NCBI RefSeq assembly: GCF_035084215.1
Contig: NC_090361.1
Coordinates: forward strand, 11,036,001-11,100,000
Source of the DNA: Heptranchias perlo
Taxonomy: Eukaryota
DNA length: 64,000 nt
Direction of reading: 5' to 3'
Made by a program: the position numbers and the translations under genes. Below are positions 12,101-24,100 of this stretch, one piece after another. The notes beneath the pieces were generated by a model. The model was not told the DNA's origin and made no database searches. It saw nothing but the letters and a program-made list of their open reading frames with translations. The stretch's first letter is position 1. Each line of letters begins with the position of its first letter.

Positions 12101-15100
12101 GGGCAGCGTTAATCGTCATTTAGAAAGGCACGGGTTAATCAAGGACAGTCAGCATGGGTTTGTTAAGGGATCGTCGTGAGTGACTGACTAACTTGATTAC
12201 CTTCTCAAAAAATTCAATGAGGAGGGTCGATGAGGTTAACATGTTTGATGTAGTGTACATGGATTTGAGCAAGGCTTTTGACAAGGTCCCACATGGCAGA
12301 CTGGTCAAAAAAGTAAAAGCCCATGGGATCAAAGGGAAAGTGGCTCGTTGGATCCAAAATTGGCTCAGTGGCAGGGTAATGGTCGACGGGTGTTTTTGCG
12401 TCTGGAAGGCTGTTTCTAGTGGGGTCCTGCAAGGCTCAATAGTAGGTCCCTTGCTTTTTGTGGTATATATTAATGATTTGGACTTGAATGTGGGGGGCTT
12501 GATCAAGAAGTTTGCAGATGATACAAAAATTGGCCGTGTGGTTGATAGTGAGGAGGAAAGCTATAGGCTGTAGGAAAATATCAATGGATTGGTCAAGTGG
12601 GCAAAAAAGTGGCAAATGGAATTCAATCCGGAGAAGTGTGAGGTAATGCATTTGGGGAGGGCAAACAAGGCAAGGGAGTACGCAATAAATGGGAGGATAC
12701 TGAGAGGTGCAGAGGAAGTGAGGGACCTTGGAGTGCATGTCCACAGATCCCTGAAGGTAGCAGGACAGGTAGATAAGGTGGTTAAAAAGGCATACAGGAT
12801 ACTTTTCTTTAGCTGAGGCATAGAATATAAGAGCAGGGAGGTTATGCTCGAACTGTATAAAACATTGGTTAGGCCAGAGCTTGAGTACTGTGTATAGTTC
12901 TGGTCACCACGTTGCAGGAAAAATGTGATTGCACTAGAGAGGTTACAGAGGAGATTTACAAGGATGTTGCCAGAGCTGGAGAATTGTAGCTATGAGGAAA
13001 GATTGGATAGGCTGGGGTTGTTTTCTTTGGAACAGAGGAGGCTGAGGGGTGATTTAATTGAGGTATATAAAATCATGACTGGACTAGATGGAGTGGATAG
13101 GAAGGACCTATTTCCCTTAGCAGAGGTGTCGGTGACCAGGGGGCATAGATTTAAAGTAATTGGTAGAAGGATTAGAGGGGAACTAAGCAGAATTTTTTTC
13201 ACCCAGAGGGTGGTGGGGGTCTGGAACTCACTGTGAGAAAGGGTGGTAGAGGTAGAAACTCTCAACTCATTTAAAAAGTACTTGGATGAGCACTTGAAGT
13301 GCAGTAACCTACAGGGCTACGGACCAAGTGCTGGAAAGTGGGATTAAGTTGGATAGCTTTTTTTCATTCGGCACGGACACGATGGGCCAAATGCCTCCTT
13401 CTGTGCTGTACCTTTCTATGATTTCACAGTCTAGATAGGATGGTCAGTAGAATTCATGAGACTACTGAGAAAAACTCGTGTGTATTTGCTGTTGCTTTTT
13501 ATCCCCTCCCTGGTCTGGGTGTGGTTGTCAACAGTTGTTTTGTACCATTGGTAAAGCCCAATCTTGACCAACTTTTTAAAAAAATTGCCCTTCAAATCCA
13601 AGGAGGTCAAAGCCGATTATAGTGTCCCAATACTGACTAGACCTGGTTCTGTTTCTGATTAATCCTGTTTGTTTTATCCATTATATTTTCAGCATAATGG
13701 TCATCTGTTTTCCTACGATGTTGACATGTATAGAATGCTGTATTTTAGGAGTTTTAAGTTTGTATGTTGGCACCAGAATACTATAATTTCAGTGTGGTAT
13801 CTGACTGCTAAGGCTTGCCATCTATGAAGTCTTACTTTTCTCCTAACTGGTAAGACTGAGATCGATAGATTTTTGGTATGTAAGGGTATCAAGGGATATG
13901 AATCAAAAGCAGGTAGATGGAGTTGAGGTACAGGTCAGCCATGATCTGGTTGAATGGCAGAACAGGCTCGGGGCTGAATGGCCTACTTCTGTTCCTATGT
14001 AAGCCCCTACGGTCTCATTTTTATACATTGTATGTTTTGTCTGCATGTAACAACAGTGGTTGCTTTTTGTTGTATGGAACTACATAGAAGTCTTCAAAAT
14101 TATGATGGGATTTAATAAGGTACATTTAGAGAAAATGTTATCCACTTGAAGGAGGCCAAAACTAGGGGTCATAAATATAAGATAGTCACTAGTAAATCAA
14201 ATAAGGAATTCAGGAGAAACGTCTTTACCCAGAGAGTGGCTAGAATCTGGAACTTGCTACCACATGGATTGGTTGAGGCGATTAGCATAGATGCAATAAA
14301 GAGGAAGCTAGATAAGTACATGAGTGTAAGGAATAGAAGGACGTGCACATAGGGTTAGATGAAGTAGGGTGGGAGGAGGCCCATGTGGAGCATAAACACT
14401 GGCATGGACAAGTTGGGCCGAACAGCCTATTTCTGTGCTGTACGTTCAATAACAAAGATAAACTAATACAACAGTCTCCATAATGTAGTTGCTTCAGTGA
14501 TTAGAGAATTGGGTGAGTGCTTTTCTAGGTTAGGATTATTTTAAGATGTGCATTGGGATTGATTTTAAAAATAACTTCTAGAAATGATGTCTTAATGCCC
14601 ATTGCCACAGAATATGTTTGCTGTCATGAGGTCCTGGGTTCCCTCTAGGAGTAGGAAATAAGGACTGGATTGGTGCTGTCCATGTACCACTTCTGTCTAA
14701 AAGGTGAGGAGATTTTGGTGCAGCAACTTCATGTGCCAAGTGGAACAACGTGCTTATAATTTGTGGGGTAATATTTATGTAATGGGTGCATCCCACTGTG
14801 ATGTGAAGCTTCATATCAACCACTCTGCACTTCTGTATCTAGTGATGTCTGGGTGGTTACCGTGTACAAGACCTAGAAGGCACAGCATATTTAGAACAAC
14901 TTGTCAAGTTACTTTTGTGGGTCATTTTCTCATTCAGACTGGTTACTTTGAGGTGATAGACACTTGATGTTAAGTACTGCAAATAAGTGCTATCCCACAA
15001 GTTCACACAAGAATTTTTGCAGAAATATTCAGCCACTGTGAAATTAAGATGCAGCAGGTTGTCAAAGTTGTTCAAATTGTACTTTGATGTACTTGTATTG

Positions 15101-18100
15101 CAAAGAAATATCTATACTCCATGTGTATTTTTTCCGGTATATTCTAAAGCCTTGCCATAGCCTTGTACTCAACTGTTCTAGCTATATATCCCAACATAGG
15201 AATAGCTTTATTAATTATTTTCACAATGTGAGAGAATTTATTAGAATCCCTTTCAAAATCTCGCTTATTTCGATTCCATTTAAGTCACTTTTTTACCCAA
15301 TGTGAAATGTTTCATTTGTTGGTATTAAATTTAATTTGGCCAATGACAACTGATACAAATGCCGCTGCAAAGTAACTGCATCCTTATTTCTTCCTATTTT
15401 GGGACAGCTTGCCTGTATTACCTGGATCATGAAGCCAATTGTGGACTTGTCACATTAATAAATTACCTATGGTGCGCACATCCTGTACTCACAGGAATGT
15501 GGTGTTGTGCTATTTTTATAACATCTGAATATTGGATTGAAGCTGATGAGGTTTAAATTTCCCATGTAGTCAAATGTTTACCTACCTTTCAGTCTACCTA
15601 GCTCCTGAGATATGTCCAGATGGTGTAACACTGCTTCTTTTTGCATTGCTTTGTTTTCCTCTCCCTTATACAAGCCTATGGTTCTGGCTTGATTCCTGCT
15701 CCAACCAATCCCCCACATACATCAGTGGAAAATATGATCTGTAGCCTGAATCTACTGCCCACTGTAGACCGAACGGCAGTTGCCTTCCGCCAGCATGTAG
15801 CCCTATCCAGATGCCACTCTGACATCCTACTCTTCCTAGCAGAAAATGTGGCCCTGTTCTGACATCTCTGCTGCCATCCATCACTTATGACCCCTTGGGG
15901 CATCCTGGGCTGGATCTAGCCCCTAACTACTACCCAATACCTGTCACTGAAAAAAGAAAGAGGGTGGGGGAGGGGAGAGTGAGAAAGGGCTGGAGGTGGG
16001 TGAGTGTGTTTAAATCTCAGGTCTCCTGTGATATTACTCATGGCTATTTTGTCATCCCAGTGATTACTTAAATGTTTCCCCTGTGTTGGATTTCATTACC
16101 TTTCACATTGCTGCAGCTCGTGTATGTATTCATAAAAACTAAATTTTGTCATACTAAGTTTTAAAAAAAAAAGTGAGTGCTTAGTTTGTTACGGTACTTA
16201 TATAACAAATATATAGCAGATATTAACCCATAATCAGTTCAAGTGCTTGTAAAGAATTCTGCTTGATCAAGGCTTCACTGCTTGCATGAAGATCGGGAAC
16301 TGAGGGAAGTTCTGATGGGAATGGAGGGAGGTGTGTGTGAATGTGGATATAGTTTTAAAAAATATCTTTACTGCTCTGCATTGCAATAAACAGAAACTTG
16401 CCTTTAAATAGCTCCTTTTAACATAGAAAAATGTCCCAAGGTACTTCACAGAAGTCGGGGGGGTGGGGGGAGAGAATGGTATGTTACATGAAGAATACAT
16501 TTAGTCAAATAGGTTACTCACGGAGCAGTACAACCAACTGTTCTATTTACCAATCTATATTATAATAGTTTATGAATGGATTCAATTTGACTTTTGAGAA
16601 TATTAACTTTCTGGTAGGATTTGCAAAATGGGATGGGGAGTCTGACTTCATCATGGCTAGGCCTGCATAAAACCACATCCATTACATGTTCTCCCCACCT
16701 GCTGAAGCCCACCTTGGCTTACAGATGAGTTTCTGGCTTGTGCCAGCAGAGTGAGTGAAATTTCCCTTAACCACAGAGCCTTCAACTGTCTCTGCTCCAT
16801 GCTCTGGAATGCTCTCCCAAACCTTTCTATCGTGCTACCTTTTGTCCTTCCTTCAAAAACTACTTTGATCCCTGGGTTGATTGCCACCTACTGCTTATCT
16901 CGAGTGTTCTAGATTTTTAAAAAAATCTAAATTGTTTCATGTGATATTTGTAGGCCCCAGTGGCACTTGGCAGATGGGCTGCTCTTTTTCTGGGGAGTAA
17001 TGCCCAGATCCATGTCAAGCTTCTGCCTCTGTTTAAACAAGGCTAAAAGCCCTCAATTGGTGGGCAAGAATGTGAAGAGTGAAGGTGGAGTCCTTCCAAA
17101 ATCTGCCTGGGAGTGGGGTGCAAACATGGTTGCTGCGAGTGTGATTCTGGAATTTGGTCTGTGAACCAAATGACTAGGCTACAATCAGCTGTGGCTCGGT
17201 TGGTAGCACTCTTGCCTCTGAATCAGAAGATTCAAGCCCCATTCTAGAGATTTGAGCACAAAATCCAGACTGACACTCCAGTGCAGGACTGAGGGAGCAC
17301 TGTATTGTTGGAGGTACAGTTTTTCAGGTGAGACGTTAAACCGAGGCCCCATCTGCCCCCTCAAGTGGAAGTAAAAGATCCCACGGCACAATTTCTAAGA
17401 GCTGGGGAGTTATCCCGGTGTCCTAGACAATATTTATCCCTCAACTAACATCACTAAAGCAGATTATCTGGTCATTATCACATTGCTGTTAGTGGGAGCT
17501 TGTACGCAAATTGGTTGCTGCATTTCCTACATTACAACAGTGACTACACTTTAAAAATACTTCATTAGCTGTAAAGTGCTATGGGGCGTCCTGAGGTTTC
17601 AAAGGCACTATATAAATGCAAGTCTTTCATTTGATGGTTTGCATCAGCTGACTAAAATGCAACATTCATGACTATCTGTGTATTTTCTCTTCAAATATAC
17701 CATTGCTTTTATACTTCTAACTTCCTGTCTAATTACAAGCTAGTTATAATATGAAAAATGTTATAGCAAAGGATGTTGAGCACAATGTATATCTCTAGGG
17801 CCCTTCTTATATCTCTTCCATATATTTTTCTTTCTTGCCTCATACCCTTGTTTTTCTTGGGTATATTCTTGCATGCTTAATATGTTTCTAAAAGGATTTC
17901 CATGTTACCTCATCCAGGGTATTTAGGGTTCCGAGCTTTTTGTCTTCATAAACCGCATAGGTATGTACCATGGAACATCCGATGGTGGAGGGGGCAGGAT
18001 GATGAAATACAGACATATAAAGTTTAAATACATGTTCCCATAATTTGCATACATCTCCAGTTGCTGATACTAACAGATCTTGGTGTTCTAATTTAGGATT

Positions 18101-21100
18101 TATCCACCAATGAGACAACAGCGCTAAGAACAGCCCTTCCCAAATCTCCAGGATTCAAACGGGAAAAACCAGTGAGCACGAAATATAAGTGCAAATAAGA
18201 CTGAGTTGCCTGGGCTTCGAGGGTTAGATTTACGGGTAACTTGGACACATTATAAATAATCCCAATTAATTTCTTAGAGTTCATCCTTCATTCTGATGAA
18301 GGATGAAATCCTGTGTGTTTCTCCTGGTATTAATTGTCATTCTACTTTAAACCTAATCATATTGTCACTAGTCCTCAAATTTTTGCCTGCTGACTTGTAT
18401 AATCCAGATTTCCTGGTAGTCCATGAAGTAATCCTGTACTATATTTTGATTCTTTGACGGGCATACATCTAGGCATTCCTGATTTATATTGGATGAAGTC
18501 ACCTGTTATTGCTACAAAGTTTGCATGGACAAGAATGATCATGTAACTTGCTATCATTTGTCTGCAAGTCTATAGCAAAACCCTATTGTTAACCCAGTCC
18601 TCTGTTTTGTGTATATTTAGGAGATTGTCCCTACATCCATATTGCTCTTATGTGAAGGTATTAAATAATAGTCATTCATCCTTTACCTCTAATAGAAGTT
18701 AGACTAGAAACATTGAAACGTCTGGGTAATACGCTTTATCTCTCCCCTTCCTATCTCCTGTAACCTCCAGCCCTACAACCCTCTGAGATCACTATGCTCT
18801 AATTCTGGCCTTTTGCGCATCCCTGATTTTAATTGCTCCACTGTTGGCGGCTGTGCCTTCAGCTGCCAAGGCCCTAAGCTGTGGAATTACCTCCTTAAAC
18901 CTCTCCACCCCTTTCTCCCCCTTAAAACCTATCTCTTTGATCAAGCTTTTGGCCACCTGTCCTAATATCCCTTTATGTGGCTTAGATTTTGTTTGGTAAC
19001 ACTTCTGTGAAGTGCCTTGTAACCTTTTACTACACTAAAGGTGTTGTATAAATGCAACTTGTTGTTAAATCAAGTCAATGTGATCTAGGTACCGATTATA
19101 ACATAAATCACAAAGCAGGAACTCCTCAGTAGATCAAAAGTGTGTCTGTCTTGACTGCTTACGCTAGCCACAGCAAGTTAATATCAGAAGGTCCCCAAGG
19201 AGTTCCAGTGTTTATCTTTTTATGTGTCTAATTATGTCCTCCTAATGTAGTGCCATTATGTAAACGTGTTCTAACTATGTCTGGTTATTCTCCCTTCAAC
19301 GAGTGCAGTAAGATCTGTTTACTCACTAGTGAGAAACTGTTATGTCCTTCCTCCCAGTACATTCATAACACAGGCCTACTTGTATCAGATTACCTCCCTA
19401 CAGTCATTTGACTAATTTACTATATGCCTACTATATTTCTTAATCTCTTATGGATTGTTAATGAGGTAATGTCGCCACTGCTCCAGGCCTGATCCTGTAT
19501 AGCCATTATATAGAATAAATGGATATGTATTTTAAAAGTTTATTATGGCTATTCTACCTGGCATACCCATACTTACACTCTGCCTGCTTGTTAGCTCAAG
19601 CCAAATTTTTGTTTTCTACCACCTTTCTTCCCGAAATAGAAATTCAGCTTCCTTAATTTGCACACTTTTTCCTGAACTTTTAAAGCTCCCCACCTGTGAT
19701 CTCTTTCCTAAACACCTTAAGCACTTTCATGCTGAATTGACTCCTATCTTCTGAGGTGAGTCATGTTTCTGTAATCTGTATATTAAAATTTCCTGCTGTT
19801 ACAGTATGCCTCCAACGCCTTATTCTGACTGGTTCTAACAATCAAGTATAGATACTTAATTGTTTTTTTAACTCTGATCTCTTCCCCCCTGACCAACCTT
19901 GAAACTCTGTTTGCCTATGTGGTTAAAATCTTAACCCCCTTCTTTCTCTCTGTGCACTTTCCACCGCAACCCACTCGGTACCAAGATTTAAAATGTGTCA
20001 GGGACTGATGGTTGATCTGATCCTGGAGCATCCTGATGGTTGACCTGATCCTGGAGCATCCTGATGGTTTAGTGGATGAGTGTACCACTGATGTGGTGCA
20101 AAGCTGTACAGATCAAGAAGGCCAACGGTTAGATTCTTTGCCTATACCAAGTTAGCTGATCACTGCCAGGTGGCTGTAGATGCTCTAAAGTTGGCACCAG
20201 AATGTCTGATTGAGGGAAGGGGGGAAGGTCAAGTAGGGTTTCTGTTATCATGTGGTGTATGTACATCGGTAAGATGAAGATTAGATTGAACTTGCCTGTG
20301 TTATCCACCCCTTCAGCTTCAAATAGCCTGCCAACATTCACTGGTTAGGCTTACATGAACAATGGTCACTCGAGCAAGTTACCAATAGGGGTCAGTCCCT
20401 TCAGGAGAGGTGGTGGGGAGAAAATTGGCAGGAATAAGTCCTGGGTCACGTGCAAGAAGCGATGTTCTTGTTGAGAAGCACTTAGGCACAACATGATGAC
20501 TTAAGAATTATGTTGAAGTCCATCATCACGTCACTGTTGGATTATAACAAAAATGATGCTGGACTCTTCTGTTTTTTTTTTCTCTTTCCCCCCCCCCCCC
20601 CCACAAAAAACAAAAGTTTGTAAAATCTGTTGGTGTAACTGAAATGCCAGGTATGCTGATCATTGATGTCTGATTCTGTTTCTCTTAGAGTACGGAGAGG
20701 ATGATTCTTGGAACACAGGAGGAGACGATGGTCAAGGTGATTTCCTTTTGATTTTATCACTAAAAATACAAGATGTTCAGATGGAAAACCTCCTGTGGGT
20801 TTAATGGGGTCAGGAATTGCTGTTTTAAAAATATTTAGGCATGTTTTTATTGCTTACAATAGATATTAATGCCACTTTATTCAGACAGTTAGTGTTGTAA
20901 GTAAAAGATATGGTTTAGGAATAAAAGGTTTTACACAAAATTCTTCAACTAGTTGGTTTGGAATCAGATAATCTTGGTGCTCAAATTTGTAATGTTGAGC
21001 ATAATTAGGATAGCTGCTTATAATGAGAGGTATTAATGAACAAACCAGTTTGAATTTATATAAAAGAATGTGGTGATTTTCCAAGTAGTTTCTTTGGAAT

Positions 21101-24100
21101 GCAGCACTACTTCAGGGGAGTCCTGAACTTCCCTTGAAAAGTAACTAATAAAACATGATCTCGGGAAGAATATATTTACCTTGGAAGGGATATTATGCCG
21201 ATTTACCAGAATGATATTGGGATTTAAAGGGTTAAATTGAGAACTTACATAAAATTGGCTTCTGTTCCTTTGAGGGGTGATCTAATTGAGGTATTTAAAA
21301 TGATAGTGACTTGATAGAGAGAGACTATTTCTTCTGATGGTGGGGGGGGGGGGGGGGAGAAATAGAACAAGGGGGTGCAATCTTAAAATTAGAGCTAGGC
21401 CATTTTGGAGTGAAATTAGGATACACTTTTTCAAACAAAGGTTAGTGGAAATCTGGAAAACTCTTACCCTCACCCCCAAAAAAGCTGTTGAGGCTAGGTC
21501 AGTTGGAAATTTCTAAACTATTGATAGGTTTTTGTTAAGCAAGGGTATTAAGGGATGTAGAACCAAGGTGGGTAAATGGAGTTAAGATACAGATCAGCCA
21601 TGATCTGATTGAATGAATCTTGGAACAGGCTTGATGGGCTGAATGGCCTCCTCCTGTTCCTATGACTTTATTTTTTCTATGTGAATATCTGATCTTGTGT
21701 ATTTTGTTCCTGTTAGGGTATGATGGCTATGATTACAATTACAACCAAGATAATTCAGGAAATTATTCAGGAAATTATGGCTATAACTCTGGCAATAAAG
21801 CTTGGGATGCTCCTAAAAACCCTAACACAGATTCCATCATCGCTAAGATCAACCAACGCCTGGACATGCTCTCCCAGCTAGAGTGTGATAAGACACCAGG
21901 CCCCTCTTCTCGCTCTTCAGGCCAATACAACAGGTATCTTCTGGAAAGTCACTAGATGGTAAAATACTGTACACATAAAGTGAAGAAATTGGCATTTGGG
22001 ACTGATGTGGCACTTCAAATTTAAATAGGCTGGCACACATTTCTTCTTCCTCTCCTCCTCCTTCCCCCCCCCCCCCCCCCCCCCCCCAAAAAAAAGAAAA
22101 TCTCATGCTTACCTGCACTGTGGTGAGAAAACCTTGGTTTATTAATTATTTTATACCCTTTTTATATTGCCATATTTAACTTTGATTTAACCCAAATTAT
22201 TAAGCATGGATTTAAAATAAAGCTTTAACCAACAGTGATTCATTGTTTAAACCAAAGTTAATCTGGATGATGTATCTCACTCTATTCGGTGCCATACATT
22301 CGATCGTCAAGGTGCAAAACGTAGTCTTAGTTTGAGACCACCAGGATTGAAGTCCTAACTGACCCTAGGTTTGGTTAATTGTATTAGCAATGTGACTGAG
22401 TCTTCAACGAGGATCATCATCTGCAGTGAAACGTATGCTTGGTAACGTGGAGAGTATAGAAGGTAGTAATTTATTTTTACATCTCCATTCTTTACAGCAA
22501 TTAGGTTAAATTTTTGAGGATGGCATCCAGCAAATGAACAATGGGGGGCAGAACATTGGACAGTTGACACGAGCCATTTGTTGGACATTTGTCTTTAAAG
22601 TTTGCTGTTGGCCAAATGTTTTTTTTCCATTCCTATGAAGGAAAGTTGGATATTGAGCAATTGCAGGCTGATCTCCCCATTACTTACACGTGTATGTCTT
22701 TTTGGTTGCAGTAAACCACCTTTTGCTGCTGTATTCAGTAATTTAGACATTGTTTACAGATGACAAAATAAAACCTGAGAGACCATGATTACCTGAAATA
22801 TCCTGTTTAGTTTTTAGTCTGCTGTCACTGATTGGCAGGCTTGTGCCATCGTCCTTTCCAGCTACTGATTGGATTCCTTGCTTGCTCTGCAACTCTTTCA
22901 GGTTTACACCTTATGAGTCCTATGACTCCAGGTCTTCAATGAATGACCATGATCCGTACAGATCTGGCTACGGCTATGGTTACGGTGATTCTGGACCTAA
23001 TTATAACGATTCTTATGGAGGTCACTATGACCACTACGACAACTCCTACGGGACCCGCAGAGATCAGTACCACAACAGAGCATATGGTAGCCAACGGGGT
23101 CAGAATTGGTCTAGAGACTGGGCTCCAAATAAGAGAGCAAACTGGAATGACCCCTACATGCAGCCTGCAGGTTCCAGGCGGATGTCTGCACACTGGAATG
23201 AGCTGTCAATGGGAAGCAGAGGCTTCAATGCTGCCTCCTCCACCAGAAACCTCCCTTCGCTCTTCTCCCCAAACATTATCCCCATGGACCTGTTCCGAGT
23301 TCAGGGTGCGGGAAGAGCGTTTGGTGGCAGACAGCGAAGGAGAGACAAGAATCGAAACAGAGGCGTAAGTACCTTTTTTTTAAAATGCATTTTTATTTTT
23401 ATCAGTAGCCAATGGGTATGATCAACAAAAGATCAAAAAAGCCAAGTTGCAGAATATTTTTTGCAGTGGAATGCCCATCACCCTTTTTTAATATCCAAAA
23501 ATCAGGTGTTCATTCTGCTAACTTGCTGGAGTGTAAATGTAATTTTCAAATCTTTAACCAGGTGTGGAAGAAGAATTTGTAGCCCTATTGGTTGAGGTTC
23601 CAGGTAAACGTTTAGGTTTTCTGACACTTTACAGTGGTTTTTAAGGTATTGCAGTGCTGTAGGATTGGTTTCAAAGTAAGTTTGAAAGTCTTTTCACTTT
23701 TTTTAAACCACGACCCCCCCCCCACAAACTAGTGCCTGTTGTCGATGAGTGAGTCAAGACTGAGTGTTGGCAAGGCACAGCCATCACTGGGTATTGATTG
23801 AGGGCTTTCCATGCAGGGATTGCACTTAGTTAAGGGATGCTGAGGCTGGTTAATAGTATTTCGACTGCCATCTGAGCTGGAAGCCATTCTCACATACTGG
23901 GATACTTGGGGGCTTTCTTGGTCTGGATGGTTCAACGGTGTGTATTATATACTAAGCCATAGAAAGGGCCTTTTCAAGAGAGGGGAATGCAATGTACACA
24001 ATGAAAGGTTTTACCTTCGGGCAGTCCTTGGGTACACTCCACCATTTACCCGAATCTGCTTTAGAGTTACAGGTCAATGTGCTTCAAATCACGTGCTGTG

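Noticed and set aside
17185-17250. tRNA gene
   Set aside because: Degenerate tRNA-derived SINE head with no complete cloverleaf
22843-22901. Shared peptide PATDxIPCLLCxSF upstream of exon 4 as coding sequence
   Set aside because: The available upstream AG is 40 nt away and out of frame; the similarity is at nucleotide level and is treated as a splice element
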